Origin: Rhizophagus irregularis
Taxonomy: Eukaryota
Direction of reading: 5' to 3'
DNA: 64,000 bases
Assembly: GCF_026210795.1 (NCBI RefSeq)
Contig: NC_089429.1
Location: 7,192,001-7,256,000, forward strand
Shown here: positions 38,636 to 53,049 of the stretch, one piece after another
Numbering within the stretch: the first letter of the stretch is position 1
Layout: each line of letters starts with the position of its first letter
Notes under the pieces: model-generated
The model's database searches: none
What the model was told of the DNA's origin: nothing
Seen by the model: the letters and a program-made list of their open reading frames with translations, nothing else
Position numbers and translations under genes: made by a program

Positions 38636-40319
38636 TTTAAAATGAAAATGAAATAATAAACATGAGTAACCGCGCATGTAATATGTAAATCATATTTAAC
38701 GAAAATTTGTGTAACCATAATTGAGTTATGAATTCTGATTAAACGTCAATTTTAAATATACTACGCCCATAGCGGGCATAGCCCCATACCGATTAAGTAA
38801 TTTGGTAGATCATCATGTGACCTACTAGTTTTACAAAATAAACTTTTTTCGCAATTTTTTTTTTTGCATTTACAAGAAATTCGTCTTAAAAAAGGCGTTT
38901 TTTTTAGATCCTTTTAAGAATAAGAAAGAAAATATGGTTTTAGCAACAGATATATATGTAATTTTACGAGAAGAAAAAGATTTTCTAAGCTTGTAATTGG
39001 TTACTCGGACAGTTTTTGCGTAAAATGCAAAAAATCGAATTTTCACTATAAAAAGAAGCTTTTTCAAAAAAGTGTATACGTTTATCCTTATTAATTATCA
39101 ATATATTCTTGTATATATAACTCTTTTAAACTATATTTGTTAAATTTAATAGTACTTTCGGTCTTTCGGTCTATATTTATTACTAATTTTCTTTTTCTTA
39201 TTTTTTGTCATTATACTCTCAGTTTGGGTTTTTCAGTTAAGGAAAAGGAATAACAGTAAGCATTTATTTAAACTACCGACTTATTCATTCCATTGGTTGA
39301 GTTAAACTTTTTTGATTTTTTATATTAATTTTTACTGTGTCAATTCGAAATGGGAGTTCATGGATCGGAGTGATCTAGAATAAGACAAAGGATAAATAAA
39401 AAAATTAAAGTAAATAAACGAAATAAAAGAAAAAATCTCCTTTTATTTTTCGTTCTTTTTTTTTATTTTTAGGCTATAATCTGGGTAAGTTCAATACCTT
39501 TTATTTTTATTTTTTTTATTTAATTTTTAATTCGTCTACTTACTTTTTGATTTTGATTTTTTTTTATTTTAGACTACAATTTAGTTCAGAATGGTGGTTC
39601 ACGATCAAAGTGAATTTAAGACATATTCACTTTCTGGGAATTAATGAATCAAAAAGAATATGAAAAAAAAATTGATTGAGTGAAGAAGGAAAAACGGATA
39701 AAAATTCTTGAACTAACGAGACGGACAGCATATTTTGGGCCGGTCCTGATTGAAGTGGCGGTTATGATCATGGTGAGTTTAAAACATACTTTTCTTGATT
39801 CTTTTTTTCTCTTTTGTTTTTTCGTTTTTTATTTATTCATTTATTTTAATTTTTGTCTACTTTCTCACTTTCATTCTTTCTCTTTATTTTAGGTTATAGT
39901 TAGGAATGGCAGTTCATGATCATGCACCAGAAGTAATATACCCTGGTTATTTTATATCAAATCTTCATCCATTTTCGTCAAAATCAGAAATTCCGTGGGA
40001 ATTACAACTAAAATGTAAATCATATTTAAACTTTTTACATCTTTTTCCTTTTTATTTTTTCTACTTACTTTCGTTTTGTTTTTTCGTCCTTACTTTCAGA
40101 CTGCGAAAATTGATGGATCAGGGCTAAGCTGTAATGTGAAATTGACTATATATCATAGTGCTAAACTTAAAGATCTTACTAGCAACTAGTAATAATAGAT
40201 TTGTGATTCTTTATGGTAGTAGTGACGTTATTTTATTTAATTTATTTAATTACCTGTTATATTATAAAAATTTTCATTGATATAAATAAAATATTTATTA
40301 CTAAAAAAAACTCAATCAA

Positions 40320-41660
40320 CTATTTTTTTTTTTGTGCATATCCCCATGCAGCTTTAACTTTCTTCTTTGTTCAATAATTTGGTGATAATTTTAAAAGTGA
40401 ATCTAACACCTTTTCAATTTCTTTGTTGCTAGGTTTTGGACTTTTAAAATAAGGCTTCAGAATAGACTTTTCTTCTTCTGTTGTTACATGCCATGGTTTT
40501 TTGGGTTTTGTAGTAGTGATGGTTGTAGTGGTTGTGGTTGTAGTTGTAGTGGTGATGGTGGTGGATAGTCCTGCTTCAGACTGAGTTGGACATTTTTTAG
40601 ACGTACATTCAGCATTTTTTATATCTTTTGTTTTAGTTATAACTACTTCTTTGGCTCTTCTTCCTTTTGTATTAATGGGGTCAATTCTCAATACCTCTTG
40701 CCTGTAAATTTGATTAAGTCTTTCTTTTCCTTTATCATAATATGAAAAGAGTTTGGTATAACTACTATCAGTTAATTCTATGCAATTTTGAAATAAAGGA
40801 TGATTTGTTGAATTTAATGATTTAAATGCAACTAATAAAGAATTAACAAGAGCTCAAAATAATTCACATCTTCCATCAACTGCTCAATCTTTTTTAGATG
40901 CTGCTATATAACCTATAAATTCATTGAAAAGTAAATCCATTCTTTCTCATTCTACTTGAATTGATTTGTCTTTTAAGATTCTCATTTTTATAAACATTTC
41001 CTGTAATATTTTCTTTTATAAATTTAATGCCAAAGGTTTCAAGTGCCTCATCAAATGCATAAAAAATACCCTTTACAATTAATATTAACTGAAAGAGCAA
41101 ATTCTAAAAGTGTACAAAGTTTAGAATATTTGGCTAATATTGCAAGATAATTTACAGTTGATTTCATATAATTCATTTTTCTAGCTAAAGAAAATAAAGA
41201 AGCAAAAGCAGCAAAACATTGAATTTGAAATAAAGAATTTCCAGTACAAATTTCTACTCTATATTCTTTTCAATAACTTTTCCATTTACTAAAAAAATAA
41301 TACCAAACTTCTAATAATAAATTATTATTATTATTTAAAAGAAAAATTATTTTTTTTTGCATAAATATTCAATATACAACCAACTGTTCCTATAGTAAAT
41401 TCCATAATTTGAAAAAATAACTAATACACTACACATGTTTTATTAGTATATTAATGGTCTAATAAGAGGCAAATTTTTAATTACTTTAATGATATTACAT
41501 TACTTATTAAAAATTGCTTTATCACAACATACATTAATACTTTTATCATTATTAATATTTAAATCAACAAAATATTAATTACATGCTTTTGCAATATCAT
41601 TATTATTATTTGGATTTCCACTTGCTTTCAAAATAATTACATTTGCAGGTGATAAATAAA
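40320..41660 (-). pseudogene. Decayed transposase-like gene (possibly DUF6589/Kolobok-related) with a C-terminal helical, homeodomain-like segment
   Basis: The minus strand reads INVCCDKAIF, YF(F)AFDEALETFGIKFIKENITGN, NHPLFQNC, RLNQIYRQEVLRIDPINTKGRR, poly-Thr, then TTEEEKSILKPYF...TKKKVKAAW. The family assignment is tentative. Confidence 0.5.
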
Positions 41661-42675
41661 ATTAAGATTTGTATTTACTTACAAATTTTGGTTTTTCTGT
41701 TCTTTAGAACTCAGAAATTTATTTAAACCTAAGAATAGTAAAACTTTCAAAACATTATTATATCAAATTATTTTTATTAAAATAAAATATTAGTAGCAAA
41801 AATCAATCAAATCAAATTAATAATAAAATAAACCAAATCAAATTAATACTAATACAACTTCAAAATTTTTTTTTCATATTTTATCATAAAAATAAATATT
41901 GATTATAGCTTAAATAAATAATAAGTATACTTTTTATAATTTATAATTAATATTTTATTGAGTCAAAAAAAACTAAAAGTTCAAAACTGTAAAATTTTTA
42001 TCTTAAATTTATATTTTAAAATTAAAAGTATCTTAAAAATAATCTAATTTATCTATTTTATTTTACAACTATTTCTTATTTACATGTTGGTTTCTTAATC
42101 TATCTTTATAACTAACAATTATTTTTCATTTATAAACTGATAAAACTGGTTTCAGTTTTAAACAAAAATATATATACATACTGCATATTTTTTTAAAAAT
42201 TATATTTATAAATTTTTTTTATATAACTTTTTAATAAAATTACATAATATATATATAAATACTTCATATAAATTAAAAAATTTTTAAAAAATAAAACCAA
42301 GATTTGTACTTACTTATAAATCTTAGTTTTTTGTTCTTTAAAACTCAAGAGTCCTCCAAATTTTTTAAAAAAAGAAAAGAATAGTTATTAGTAATAATTC
42401 ATAATATTAAAAAAAAATAAAAAAATAAAGATTCGTACTTATGAATCTTTGGGTTTTTCTATTCTTTGGAAGCCCTTTCAAAACACTGAACCTATAAAAA
42501 AAAAGAAAAAGAATAGTTTAATGAAAATTGTAATATAAATGATTTGCAAAAATAAATATATAATATATATTTTTCTTATAATTTGCTAATGAAATTTGTT
42601 TAATATTTAATAGATGAATTGTTAATTATATAAGTAATAAATTTTAATATTTACTTAAAATTAATATATTATAAA

Positions 42676-42841
42676 GAGTGAATTTATTTACCGCACCCTG
42701 CGTTACAAAGCATCCTTCCTTTTTTGTAAATTATTTATATTGATCTTTAGTTTATACACCGCATCCCCCTTAAAATGGCAAATGATAAACATAAAAATAT
42801 ATATAAATTTGTAACGCAGGGTGCGGTGAATACATTATTTC
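42676..42841. mobile_element. 166-bp Mutator-like MITE with 9-bp TSD
   Basis: TIR core accgcaccctgcgttacaaa / tttgtaacgcagggtgcggt; G...C ends; TSD tattataaa (42667-42675, 42842-42850). Confidence 0.9.
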
Positions 42842-42904
42842 TATTATAAATATGTATCATATTATTTGTTTTCAAAAAAGTTTTTTATTATTAAAAAAAA
42901 AATT

Positions 42905-43375
42905 GAAATTTGATATAAAAGAAAAAAAACTACTAAATTAATATAAGAAGAAAAGAAACTACTAAATTGATATAAGAGAAAAAAAAAACTACTAAATTAA
43001 TATAAGAAGAAAAAAAACCTACTAAATTAATATAAGAGGAAAAAAAACTACTAAATTGATATAAGAGAAAAAAAAACTACTAAATTAATATAAGAGAAAA
43101 AGAAACCACTAAATTAATATAAAAGAAAAAGAAACTACTAAATTGATATAAGAGAAAAAGAAACCATTAAATTGATATAAAAGAAAAACTACTAAATTAA
43201 TATAAGAGAAAAAGAAACTACTAAATTAATATAAGAAAAAAAAAACTACTAAATTGATATAAGAGAAAAAGAAATTACTAAATTGATATAAAAAAAAGAA
43301 ACTACTAAAATGATATAAAAAAAAAAGAAACTACTAAATTGATATAATAAACAAAAGAAAATAAAACTGCTAAAT
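42905..43375. repeat. Minisatellite, ~15 copies of a ~29-31-bp unit
   Basis: Unit aaactactaaatt(a/g)atataagagaaaaag. Confidence 0.95.
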
Positions 43376-44193
43376 TTCAATAAATATAATGTATAAAATT
43401 CTAATATCATTTATTCTAATAAATCTAATAAATCCAATAAATATGAATATATAAATAAAAATGTATATTGCCAGTACAATTTTATTTTTGATTCCATAAA
43501 ATTCCATGCATTTATATAAACAGAATTCAAAATTTTCTTTTTTGGAATAGAATTTGTTAAATATTCTAATTTAGGAAAATGAACCTGTCATAAATTTTGT
43601 AATATAATTGAATTCTATTATTATGATCAATAGTAAGATAATTAATATTATGTTGATTAGCCACTACTTCTCTATAAAACTTTGATCATTCATCAGATTA
43701 TTAGTTTTTAGATGCCTAATGATAAAGGAGAAAATTATTGATTTCAACCTTTAATTAATAAAAAAATAGTCCAATCTTGATTGGCAAGTAGTCTGCTGTA
43801 AATAATAATTCTTTATATCACAGTATTCGTCTTTTTTTGTGACATCTATTTATCATTTCATGTCCTTTTTATTATCCATAAAGTTATTGTTCCTATGGAT
43901 GTATTGATGTATTTGTGTGTGAATGATTAAATTAATCTAATTATATTACCATAGTATTTAATCTAATATTTCTTGAGGAATGATTATATAAAAATTTTTA
44001 CATGAATAATTATTGTAAATTTGGTAAAGACTATCCACTGTTTTTGTTCTTTCAAAAATATATTATCTGAATTGTAATGTACTAGTATTTTACATTATTC
44101 AAATAAATTAAAATATATCAGTATCTGAATAACTGAATTAGAATCTTATATTAATGAAAATCTCATCTCTTTGTTATTAAGTCAGGGTAAGTG

Positions 44194-44815
44194 AGCATAG
44201 CGGACATCCCTATTTTATCACAATACTGTTGTCGATCATTTGCCGATCATTTATTCAATTATCACATAATATAAATACCGTTGCTAAAAAAATTTACATA
44301 ATAATATATGCTTAAATTTCACAAATAACTTAAATTTAGTTTTAATTTATTGTGTATTAAATTTCATTAGAAACTTTTTAGCTTTTATTATTATTTGGCA
44401 TATATTTATTCATTTTACGAAATTATTCACTAATTATGTTACTAATAAAAAACCTGCATTATGAATCAGATCACTGCATTATTTTTTTTATAGATTCTAC
44501 ATAATATAAAGAATATTTGTGCAAATTCTTAAGTTTCGCACTCGCATATTCATCTTCGCACTTTAATTTTTGTCTGATGATCGGCAATAATTAGTGAATT
44601 ATCATAAACAAATAATATATTTATAATATTATTAAAAATTGTGCTAATAATTATATAATTAAAATCATATAATAATTTAGTGTTTTTACTTAGATTCCAT
44701 TATTTTTTTGCCACATTATTTGAAAAATATTTGTGATTTTGCAATAAGTTTTTAAAATCCGGAATTAGTGATCAGCAAATGATCGGCAAGGTGATATGAG
44801 CATGTCCGCTATGCT
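44194..44815. mobile_element. 622-bp MITE with 9-bp TSD (Mutator-like)
   Basis: TIR agcatagcggacat / atgtccgctatgct with subterminal gccgatcatt motifs; perfect TSD gggtaagtg (44185-44193, 44816-44824). Confidence 0.92.
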
Positions 44816-47060
44816 GGGTAAGTGTTATTATATCATCACATGGTGTTTCGTGTAAATCCGCCAATTGGATCATCGTTGCAGGGGAAACGACAATTTTCCC
44901 CCAGATTTACCTCCGGATTTAACCCCAATACACTTTATTTGATTTTTCAGCTGTGAAAAAATAACTTTAGGTTATGATAAACTGGTTAATAAAAAAAAAA
45001 AATTAGTATGGAACGGTTTAACTTAAATTTGTGATTTATTCATAACAGGTAAACAGGATTAATGATTAACATACCTATGTTAAAATTCGATAATGATTCC
45101 CCATTCCCTTTATGGTCAATACTTAGTGTTAGCCTGGTAATCAAAAAAATAAAATAAGTTAATTAATAATCAAAATTAGTTATAATCAGCATGATTTATC
45201 CTTCTCTTACCAGAAGAAACTTGTATAACGTGTATTTATTTAAAAAAGTGGATAGTCTTTCATTTTCAGTAATGCCATGATAGGCCCCAACCTGTTTATA
45301 TAGCGAATAAATTAACCGCACGACCTCAATCAATGATAAAATGATAAGTCATTTTAGAATTTCTTTATGAAAGATGGCTTATGTCCGCTTATCCGCGTTA
45401 GAGTCTTTTTAGAAATGAAAGTCTTTTATTCATTAAATATGGAAATATCAACTTGGAGAAATGAATCAATGAGGCTGATGACTGATGAGGCTGCGAAACT
45501 TTTACATCAAATTGTACATGAAAATCAAAAACAGTGTTTGCTAAATATGGAGATATGAATAGAAATTCCGGAAATGAATCAATGAGGCTGATGAGGCTGC
45601 GAAAGAGCGAAACTTTTACATCGACGAATAAAGAATGTTCATGAAAATCAAAAACGGAGTCTTTAAAAAAAAAATTCCCTTTTTAAAATTGAAGTACATT
45701 TGCAAGAGCAAATAATAAAAACATTAAACTATATTTAAATTTATTTAGAATTTAGATGAGCGTTCATATTTTTTGGAAATATGTCAATTTTGACTTATTT
45801 GGTATGATTTTTTTAATTTTGAAAATCATGCATTTATTTACATTGAATGCCTAACAGGTTTTCTTATCTTTCGTGGAACTAATGAAATAAAAAAAAAGAT
45901 CAATTTAACTAAAAAATAATTATTTACATATAACAACTTATATTTAATATGCTTACCATCCGAGGAAAATTTAGGTAAAGTTGTAAAAGAAATTTTCAAA
46001 GTCATTTCATTCTCGAAAGTAACTAAGCGCAAGTGCCATTATATTTTCCATGCCATAATATTAATAATAACTTGCCAGATATGAAACAAAAAAAAAAATT
46101 CTTTATAAAACATAATAATTCTTATTTTAAAAATCTTTCATTTTTCTTCTCTCTTAGTAAAATGATATCATATGCGATAAAAAGGCGCTCATAATTGATT
46201 TATGAATTACATCTCTCAATAAAAATCCGTTGATTGTTAATTAATTAGTATTGTTGATATGTTTGAAATTTATTCACTCGTGTGAAACCTTGCATCATTT
46301 GTACTATTATAAAGTTTTTCCATTGTTTTAACAGCACATAAAACAGCTGTTAAAACATCGGATAATTATTTATTGTTATATATTTTCTTCGTAAATTACT
46401 ATTATTTTTAAATTAATTTTTTCATTTGGATTAGAATTTTATTTACCTATTTGAGTAAATATTTTTTGTATCATTCAAAACTTGTTTTGGTGAAGTATCA
46501 TTTTTTAAATTGTGAGTAATTCCGAAACATGACTGAAAATGATCTAATTGTTTTAAATAAAGATCTTGACCTAAACTTGTTAAAAAGAGGCTTTTCTGAT
46601 GGCCCATGTAAACATTCAAGGTTCTAAACATTCTGTAATTTTGTAATTCTACGTTTATAATTAGCCACATAACTCACCCCATTTTCAATTACAATTAAAG
46701 TGAAATTCGAAATTTAGAATACGCGTACTTTGAATATTTATTGAAATGTATATTTTTGATATTTCTTTCCATTACTCTTTTATTCCAAAAGAGTAATAGA
46801 TCGATAAAAGCTTAACCTAAATTTAATTAAGCGTTTTGGGGGATGAAAAATGAAACTTTTTTAATTTAAACTAGTTCATTTTAATGGTACCCAGTGATCA
46901 TGGTCAATTAGTCTATATATGTATAATAATACATTGGGAAATTTTTCAAACAAATTAAACAAATTTTATCTCATTTGTGGACGTTAGATCCTTTATAAAA
47001 TTACTCTGTAATGTTAAATAATTCATTTCCTAATTGTAACATATTGTGAGAATTCATGCG

Positions 47061-47532
47061 TGGTTACGGTACGTTTCGCCTAAGTCCATTTCGCCGGAGA
47101 ACTTTTCGCCGATGCCATTTCATTAAAAGGTATTTCGCCGAAGGGACATTTCGCCGAATGGAATTTTCGCTGAATAAACATTTGCCGAATCCTTTTCTCC
47201 GAATCATCCATTTCACTAAAGTCTACTTCATCGAATAGGACATTCCGCCGAAAATGTTAGCGATTGATTAAAATTTCAATCTAATACCCGAACTATAAAT
47301 CTTTTTAGTAACAAAATTTTTGTAAATATCATACTTATGGACGGATATTTTGGAAAATATGATTTGAAATTTGAGGCGAATGACTTTTGGCAAAAGACCT
47401 TCAGCGAAATGTCCATTCGGTGAAATGTCTATTCGATGAAATATATATTCGATGAAATATCTCTTCGGCGAAATGGCTTCGGCAAAATGTGTTTCGGTGA
47501 AATAAACTTCGGCGGCGAAAAGTCAGGATACT
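47061..47532. mobile_element. Foldback-like element with internally repetitive arms
   Basis: About 10 ttcgccgaa-like motifs at 47075-47255 are mirrored by ttcggcgaa-like motifs at 47370-47520. TSD not identified. Confidence 0.75.
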
Positions 47533-48450
47533 ATTTATTATAATATGATTTAAGCAAGTTTTTTTTTTCAGAATAACAAATTCAAAATTTACAGATACTT
47601 AGCCGAACACATAAGCATAATCAGTGTGCTTTGACTTTATGCATATTTATTTCTCCCAGATTAAAACCATTATTAATTCCTCATAAAAAAGGAAAATTTT
47701 CTTTTTAATTTGCGTCGAATAAGTTAACATCCTATACAAATAAACTAATAACTTGGTGATACTGATTTAAATGATTTACGTCAAATGATTTATTTATATA
47801 TTTAACTCATTGTTGTGATTGGTGATTTCATTAAAAAAGTTTATAGTTTTAGGAGTGTTATAAAAACGTTGGGAAAAATATAAAATACATTTATTAGGAA
47901 CTATACTAACCAAATTAAAATTAAATTCTTGGTTATATACGACCGACGGAGACCTGCATTGGCATGAGGTTGAACTTTTGGGAAAATTTATAGACCAGGA
48001 TCTGGGTTTAGGTTGGAACCTCTTTACTTTACCATGTTAAAAACTGAAAAAAGGAAATACGGTCTTACTATATCGCGAGTTTAGGCTGAAGACCTGAAGT
48101 ACTGTAAAACAATTTGGTTAATAAGACTTTAGAGAATTTTTTTTTCTTCTGACACATTTTTTACTAGTTTTATAGTTTTATACATACAGATTTATGAAAA
48201 TTAAATTTATTTGTATTAATTAAGAATTTTAGGATAATAATTAAAATAAACGATTTCGAAATTTCCCGATTTCTATATTAAATAGTCTTACAAATGGAAG
48301 AAAAAAAAATAATCGAAATAAAAAATATTAAATCGAACGTTACTAACGTTAAACCGAAAAAAAAACGAAATAAATATAACAAATATTAATTTTAATTTAA
48401 TTACGATTTTATGATGTCGAATTTTTACAATCATTAAACAAACGAGAATC

Positions 48451-48690
48451 ATGGACCAAAAAAAGCTTATTAATATCTTAATTTCTTCTTAATTTTTCAT
48501 GATTGTCATGATTTAAAAAAAAAAAAATGACAGTAGTGGGCGCGGAGGTGGTGGATGGAGAAATGGACGTGTTTTTTTCTTGCCTCCCGGCCTAATTGTA
48601 CTGCACGTTAAAGACTGGAGAGGAAGGATTTGTTTCTCCAATTAATTGGGATTCGGGTTTGATGTTAAGCAGTATAATATTTTAGGATAT
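48451..48690 (+). pseudogene. Candidate small secreted Gly-rich protein relic (MDQK family, divergent copy)
   Basis: ATG at 48451 gives MDQKKLINILI, then a frameshifted FFLIFHDCHD and SSGRGGGGWRNG. The upstream tatattaaatag...caaatggaagaa...atcgaa (~48274) resembles the upstream block of the other two copies. Confidence 0.3.
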
Positions 48691-49509
48691 AAGGAAAGAA
48701 TGGAATTTTAGATCTTTATTTATAAGTTTTTTGACATTAGAAATACTTTATTAATTAGCTAGCAATGTGATACAATCAGTTACATGACCTGACCTATAAA
48801 GGGGAAGATCAGATGCGCGAAAGATTGGATAATTGTATTCTCTGTTCATACTATAATGAATGTAACTGGTCCTAAAGATTAAATAATTGAATTATTAAAC
48901 GTTTACAGTTAAAATTTCTACGAATGAGATTATTGATAAATAAACATATATTATTGGATATAAAGTTTGCACCGAATAATTTTGATTTACGGTTTGAGGG
49001 GTTTGTTTTTTTAAAATAACCACGATAAAGAAAATTCTCACTGAATTGTTACATGTTCTGTGATCAAAACAAATAATTTTTGATTGTTCTATTCATGCAA
49101 ACAAATGACTGGATTAAAAAGTATACTGTAATGAATGTAACAAAGAATTGGCTGATTAATAATCACCTATTGCTTCGTACAGTAGATTCACGATTCTTTA
49201 CGTTCTTATTCTATACTTGGAATCATATTATTTTATTGTATTGATTGTATTGAAATAAATAATTTTTTTTTGGATTTTCAGATTTCGTAAGATACAGTAA
49301 GCAATATTTGACCAATTATGATTAGGAGTTTGTTTTTCAATATATATATATATATATATATATTTATTTATATCAAAAGCAAATAAATGACGAATAATTA
49401 GTTAAATAATGCAAAAAAATAATTATTTAATATTATTAAATGTATATAATTAAATATAAAAGAGTAGAATAATCTTCGTAATTTTTTCTATTCGAATATC
49501 AAACGGAAA

Positions 49510-49710
49510 ATTATACCAAAGTAAAAATACATTTTATGATATAACTCCATCAATATTAAAATTAGAAATGCGATTTTACTATCATTAGAATCCTCTCATT
49601 GGGAGTATGTAAGATGATGAAATTTTGAAAATACCTCTATAATACACAACTTTTGAAAAATTTTAATATCAAACTCAACCTTATATGTGAGTTGTATTAG
49701 TATTGTTAAC
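49510..49710. mobile_element. Partial MITE, inverted copy of 55911-56162
   Basis: taccaaagtaaaaatacattttatga...tagaatcctct...gtgagttgtattagtattgtt matches the reverse complement of 55911-56162. Confidence 0.75.
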
Positions 49711-50531
49711 AATTTTATTGATAATCACAAACCTTCAGGGTTATTCAATATGCAAGTAATAATGGTTAAAAAAGTTCTAAGAATACTATAAATGTTGTAA
49801 TACATCCAAACAATCTAAGATGCGACTCTAGATAAAAGTCATGTTTAAAACGACAACTAACCTTTTATAGGACAATAAGATTTTTAAATAAATTATCATT
49901 TAGAATTTGATACTTGCCAAATAAATAATATATAGAAATCATACGATATATTTCTTGGCATTTTATTTGTAAATTTCGTGTGGCAATTGAATTTTATATT
50001 GCATTTATTTATTATGTGTAATATATATATAATCATTTATCGCTCAAACAAAAAATTTTTGAATTATTTTTATTCGATCTATTATAAATTTAATGACGAG
50101 CAAGTTATTTTAACTGCAGGTGTCACAGCCTCACAGGTAAGTTTTTTCCAGAAATAACATTTTTAATTCACGAATTCACACGGATTACACGTTTTAGATT
50201 ATATCACATCAATGGAATGGGTTCAAACTTTGAATTTACAAATAATATATATATGTTTGTATGTATTTTTATTATTTATAGTATGACATTTTTATCAGAT
50301 GAAGGAAAATATATATAAAAAAAATGTAAGTATTAAATCATCTTATCGACATCTCGAATTCCTCATCTGACATCATGTTTTTAATATGCATGTAGTAGAT
50401 CAATTTGTATCCCATGTGAAAGTTTTTATTATTTATTCGACAATCATAATATATTAACATAAAAGAAATTTCACGATATTTAAAAAAAATATTTTTGTCG
50501 CGATAAGCTTTTTTTTCTGAGATAAAAGAAA

Positions 50532-51125
50532 GAATAATTTACCTAAATTTTGATTGTTTTTGATTATTAATTTATAAACTACATTTGGGCAAGTCTTCTT
50601 AAAAAATTATAATATATATATATATATATTTAAAATAGAAATAATAGAAGAATATTGGTTGACATAACGCCAATATGCATTCATTAGAGTTTCCGAATGT
50701 ACATATTTTTTTAAATTATTAATAAATTATCATTCGGAATTAGTTAAAAAAAAAAATTTAAAGAGTTCTCATGCCAATTTTTTTTTTTTTGTGTATGCGA
50801 AATAATTTATAAAATTATGCAATATAATCCTGTAATGTTACACATATGTTTGCATCGTAATTTGATTTAAAAATATATAATATTTTTATAATAACAACAT
50901 AAAAATAAATTTTTGATCCAGAACTTTATTATCATAATACATTGCATATGATATCATTTCAACCAAGCCTATTGTTCTCCTTTGCATATTTGCGTAATTG
51001 TTTATAGACGCCTAGGACAAATTTATTTAATCTCTTTACTATATCCTCATTATAAACCAAAAAGGAAATTGGAAGTTTCGGCCCGCATTAGGGTTTTTTT
51101 TCCTGCATTATTATGATCTTTACCG
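50532..51125 (-). pseudogene. Candidate small secreted-protein gene relic (MDQK family, copy 2)
   Basis: Same orientation as 36175-36855. The start-codon position reads CTG (50921), then DQKFIFMLLL*; the ANIC and NSNECILALCQP blocks are retained. Confidence 0.4.
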
Positions 51126-52099
51126 GAATTGTAATGGCTTATTTTCAGTATTACAGTATTATATGAAATTAGATCTTTATTATTGACCCGTTCATATTTT
51201 GCAGGAGAAACCGTTTCACAATAATCAAATAACTATAGTATTATTTACAGTACGTTGATATACTTGTATCACAAGTATGAAATTTTATTTTATTTTATTT
51301 TTACGCGCAACAAAAAGTCACATGCAATTTTCACACCTAATTACTTAGTTATGTATAATTTGCGGAAATTAAAAAGTAGGTTGCGATCCGCAAATTCCGC
51401 AAATAGATTTCATACACTATAATTATTTATTTATTTATTCAGAACCGCATAGCGAAGCCATAATTTAAGTTTATTCACATTCGAAACAGAATTTTCGAGT
51501 TTTTTTATCTGACTAATCATTTTTCTTTCTATTTTTTTTTTTTACATAATTTTATTATTTCAAAAATTTTACTTTAGCGATTTTTATTTAAAAGACTTCT
51601 TACAATTCATAAATTCCTTTTTTTGCAATTAACTATTTTAGACACATTTTGTTGATATCTATGAAGGATTAGAATGATACTTCTAATGTAAAAGCGATAG
51701 GTGAGAATGATTATGGGTTTTCTTCGAATTTATTTTTAATGAATTCAGATTAATTTTAATATAATTTTCATTTATATAATTTACATAAATAATTTGTCTC
51801 CATAAAAAATATTGTTGATTCGTGTTCTAATATTTTTGAATTTTTTGAATTTAATTTAATATAGGTAAGGAAATTTTGTAGTTTAAAGACGAGAATGAAT
51901 ATTTTGTATGGATTTGCGTATTTGTTATTTTTGAAATTTTTTTTTTTCTTTTGTAATTTCGCTAAGAAATTCAAATAAAAAGGGTTCTTACTCCTTAAAA
52001 ATAGACGTATTAATTGTAATCGACAAATCCAAATAATATATATAATATTACGTAAAATTTGTTTTTGAAAGAAAATTTATATTTTATAATGCTCAATAA

Positions 52100-52990
52100 T
52101 TCATCTCCAGTGTTTGTTTACAATTTGAGAACATCATGCTTAATTCACTTAAGTTTTTATGGTCAACATCTATGATTAACCTCGTTAATAGATGGCAGTT
52201 TTTTGATATCGTTATAATTAAATTTTTATTTTCAGTTGTATAATCTGTGATTGACGTGAATCAATCTCTAATATTTTCCACCAGATTTTCCAAGGTGTGA
52301 AATTTTTTAATATTCAAACACTTTTCCCATTCTTGCCAGTCTATATATCTATTTAATTTATTATTAAGAGTTATTTCTAATATTTTCTCTAAAGACTGAA
52401 TAAATATAGGCGAAACACATCTGAGTGTTGGTTGTAAAATAATATTTTTTAATGTTGGACCTTTTTCTCTGATCACATTACTTAATAATTTTCAGGTATC
52501 TTTCACATTATTAAAATCCAGAAACAAAGACTGCAGATTGTTTTGATTTTTAATAAAGTTAATTAAGGACTTCTTATCTTTATCTTTACAAAAAGATCTT
52601 GCGTTTGGATATTCACAAAAGTTTTTTTCGGTTTCCCAAGAAAAATGTTTAACATTTATACATTTACTAAGAATTAATTTATAAATTTCTCCTTCCAAAA
52701 TTTGTATTTTGTGCTTATAATCCTTAACTTTTACTTTGATTAAAAGATTTGCCATATCTATAATCCAAAATGGCGTGATACGAATGAAAAATTTCATATA
52801 ATCAAGTGTTGCCATTCTTAGAAATTTATTCAATGGTAATATGATATTATTTTGGGGCAAAGGATCTAAGTAATCCCATTGTTTCTAAGTGTATCAATAT
52901 CTTTGTTTGATTTAACATTGCTAACTTGCTCAACAGACTCGTCCCCTTTCGTTCGATCATTATAAAGTTTTAAACGTGATTCTGAATTAT
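52100..52990 (-). pseudogene. F-box/LRR (RNI-like) family pseudogene fragment
   Basis: Reads ATLDYMKF..ITP, ILEGEIYKLILSKCINVKHFSW, SLINFIKNQNNLQSL, WEKCLNIKKFHTLENL and NCHLLTRLIIDV, typical of expanded glomeralean F-box/LRR proteins. It is fragmented. Confidence 0.6.
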
Positions 52991-53049
52991 AGAGGAAAGG
53001 AAGCATTTGAAATATATCAGATTCGTGAACTGGAATTGCCACTGATCCT

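Noticed and set aside
44830..46030. Possible minus-strand multi-exon pseudogene
   Set aside because: Splice-like signals are present but the translations match no family I recognise.
47056..47238. 60-aa Arg/Phe-rich ORF
   Set aside because: It is a translation of the ttcgccgaa repeat arm.
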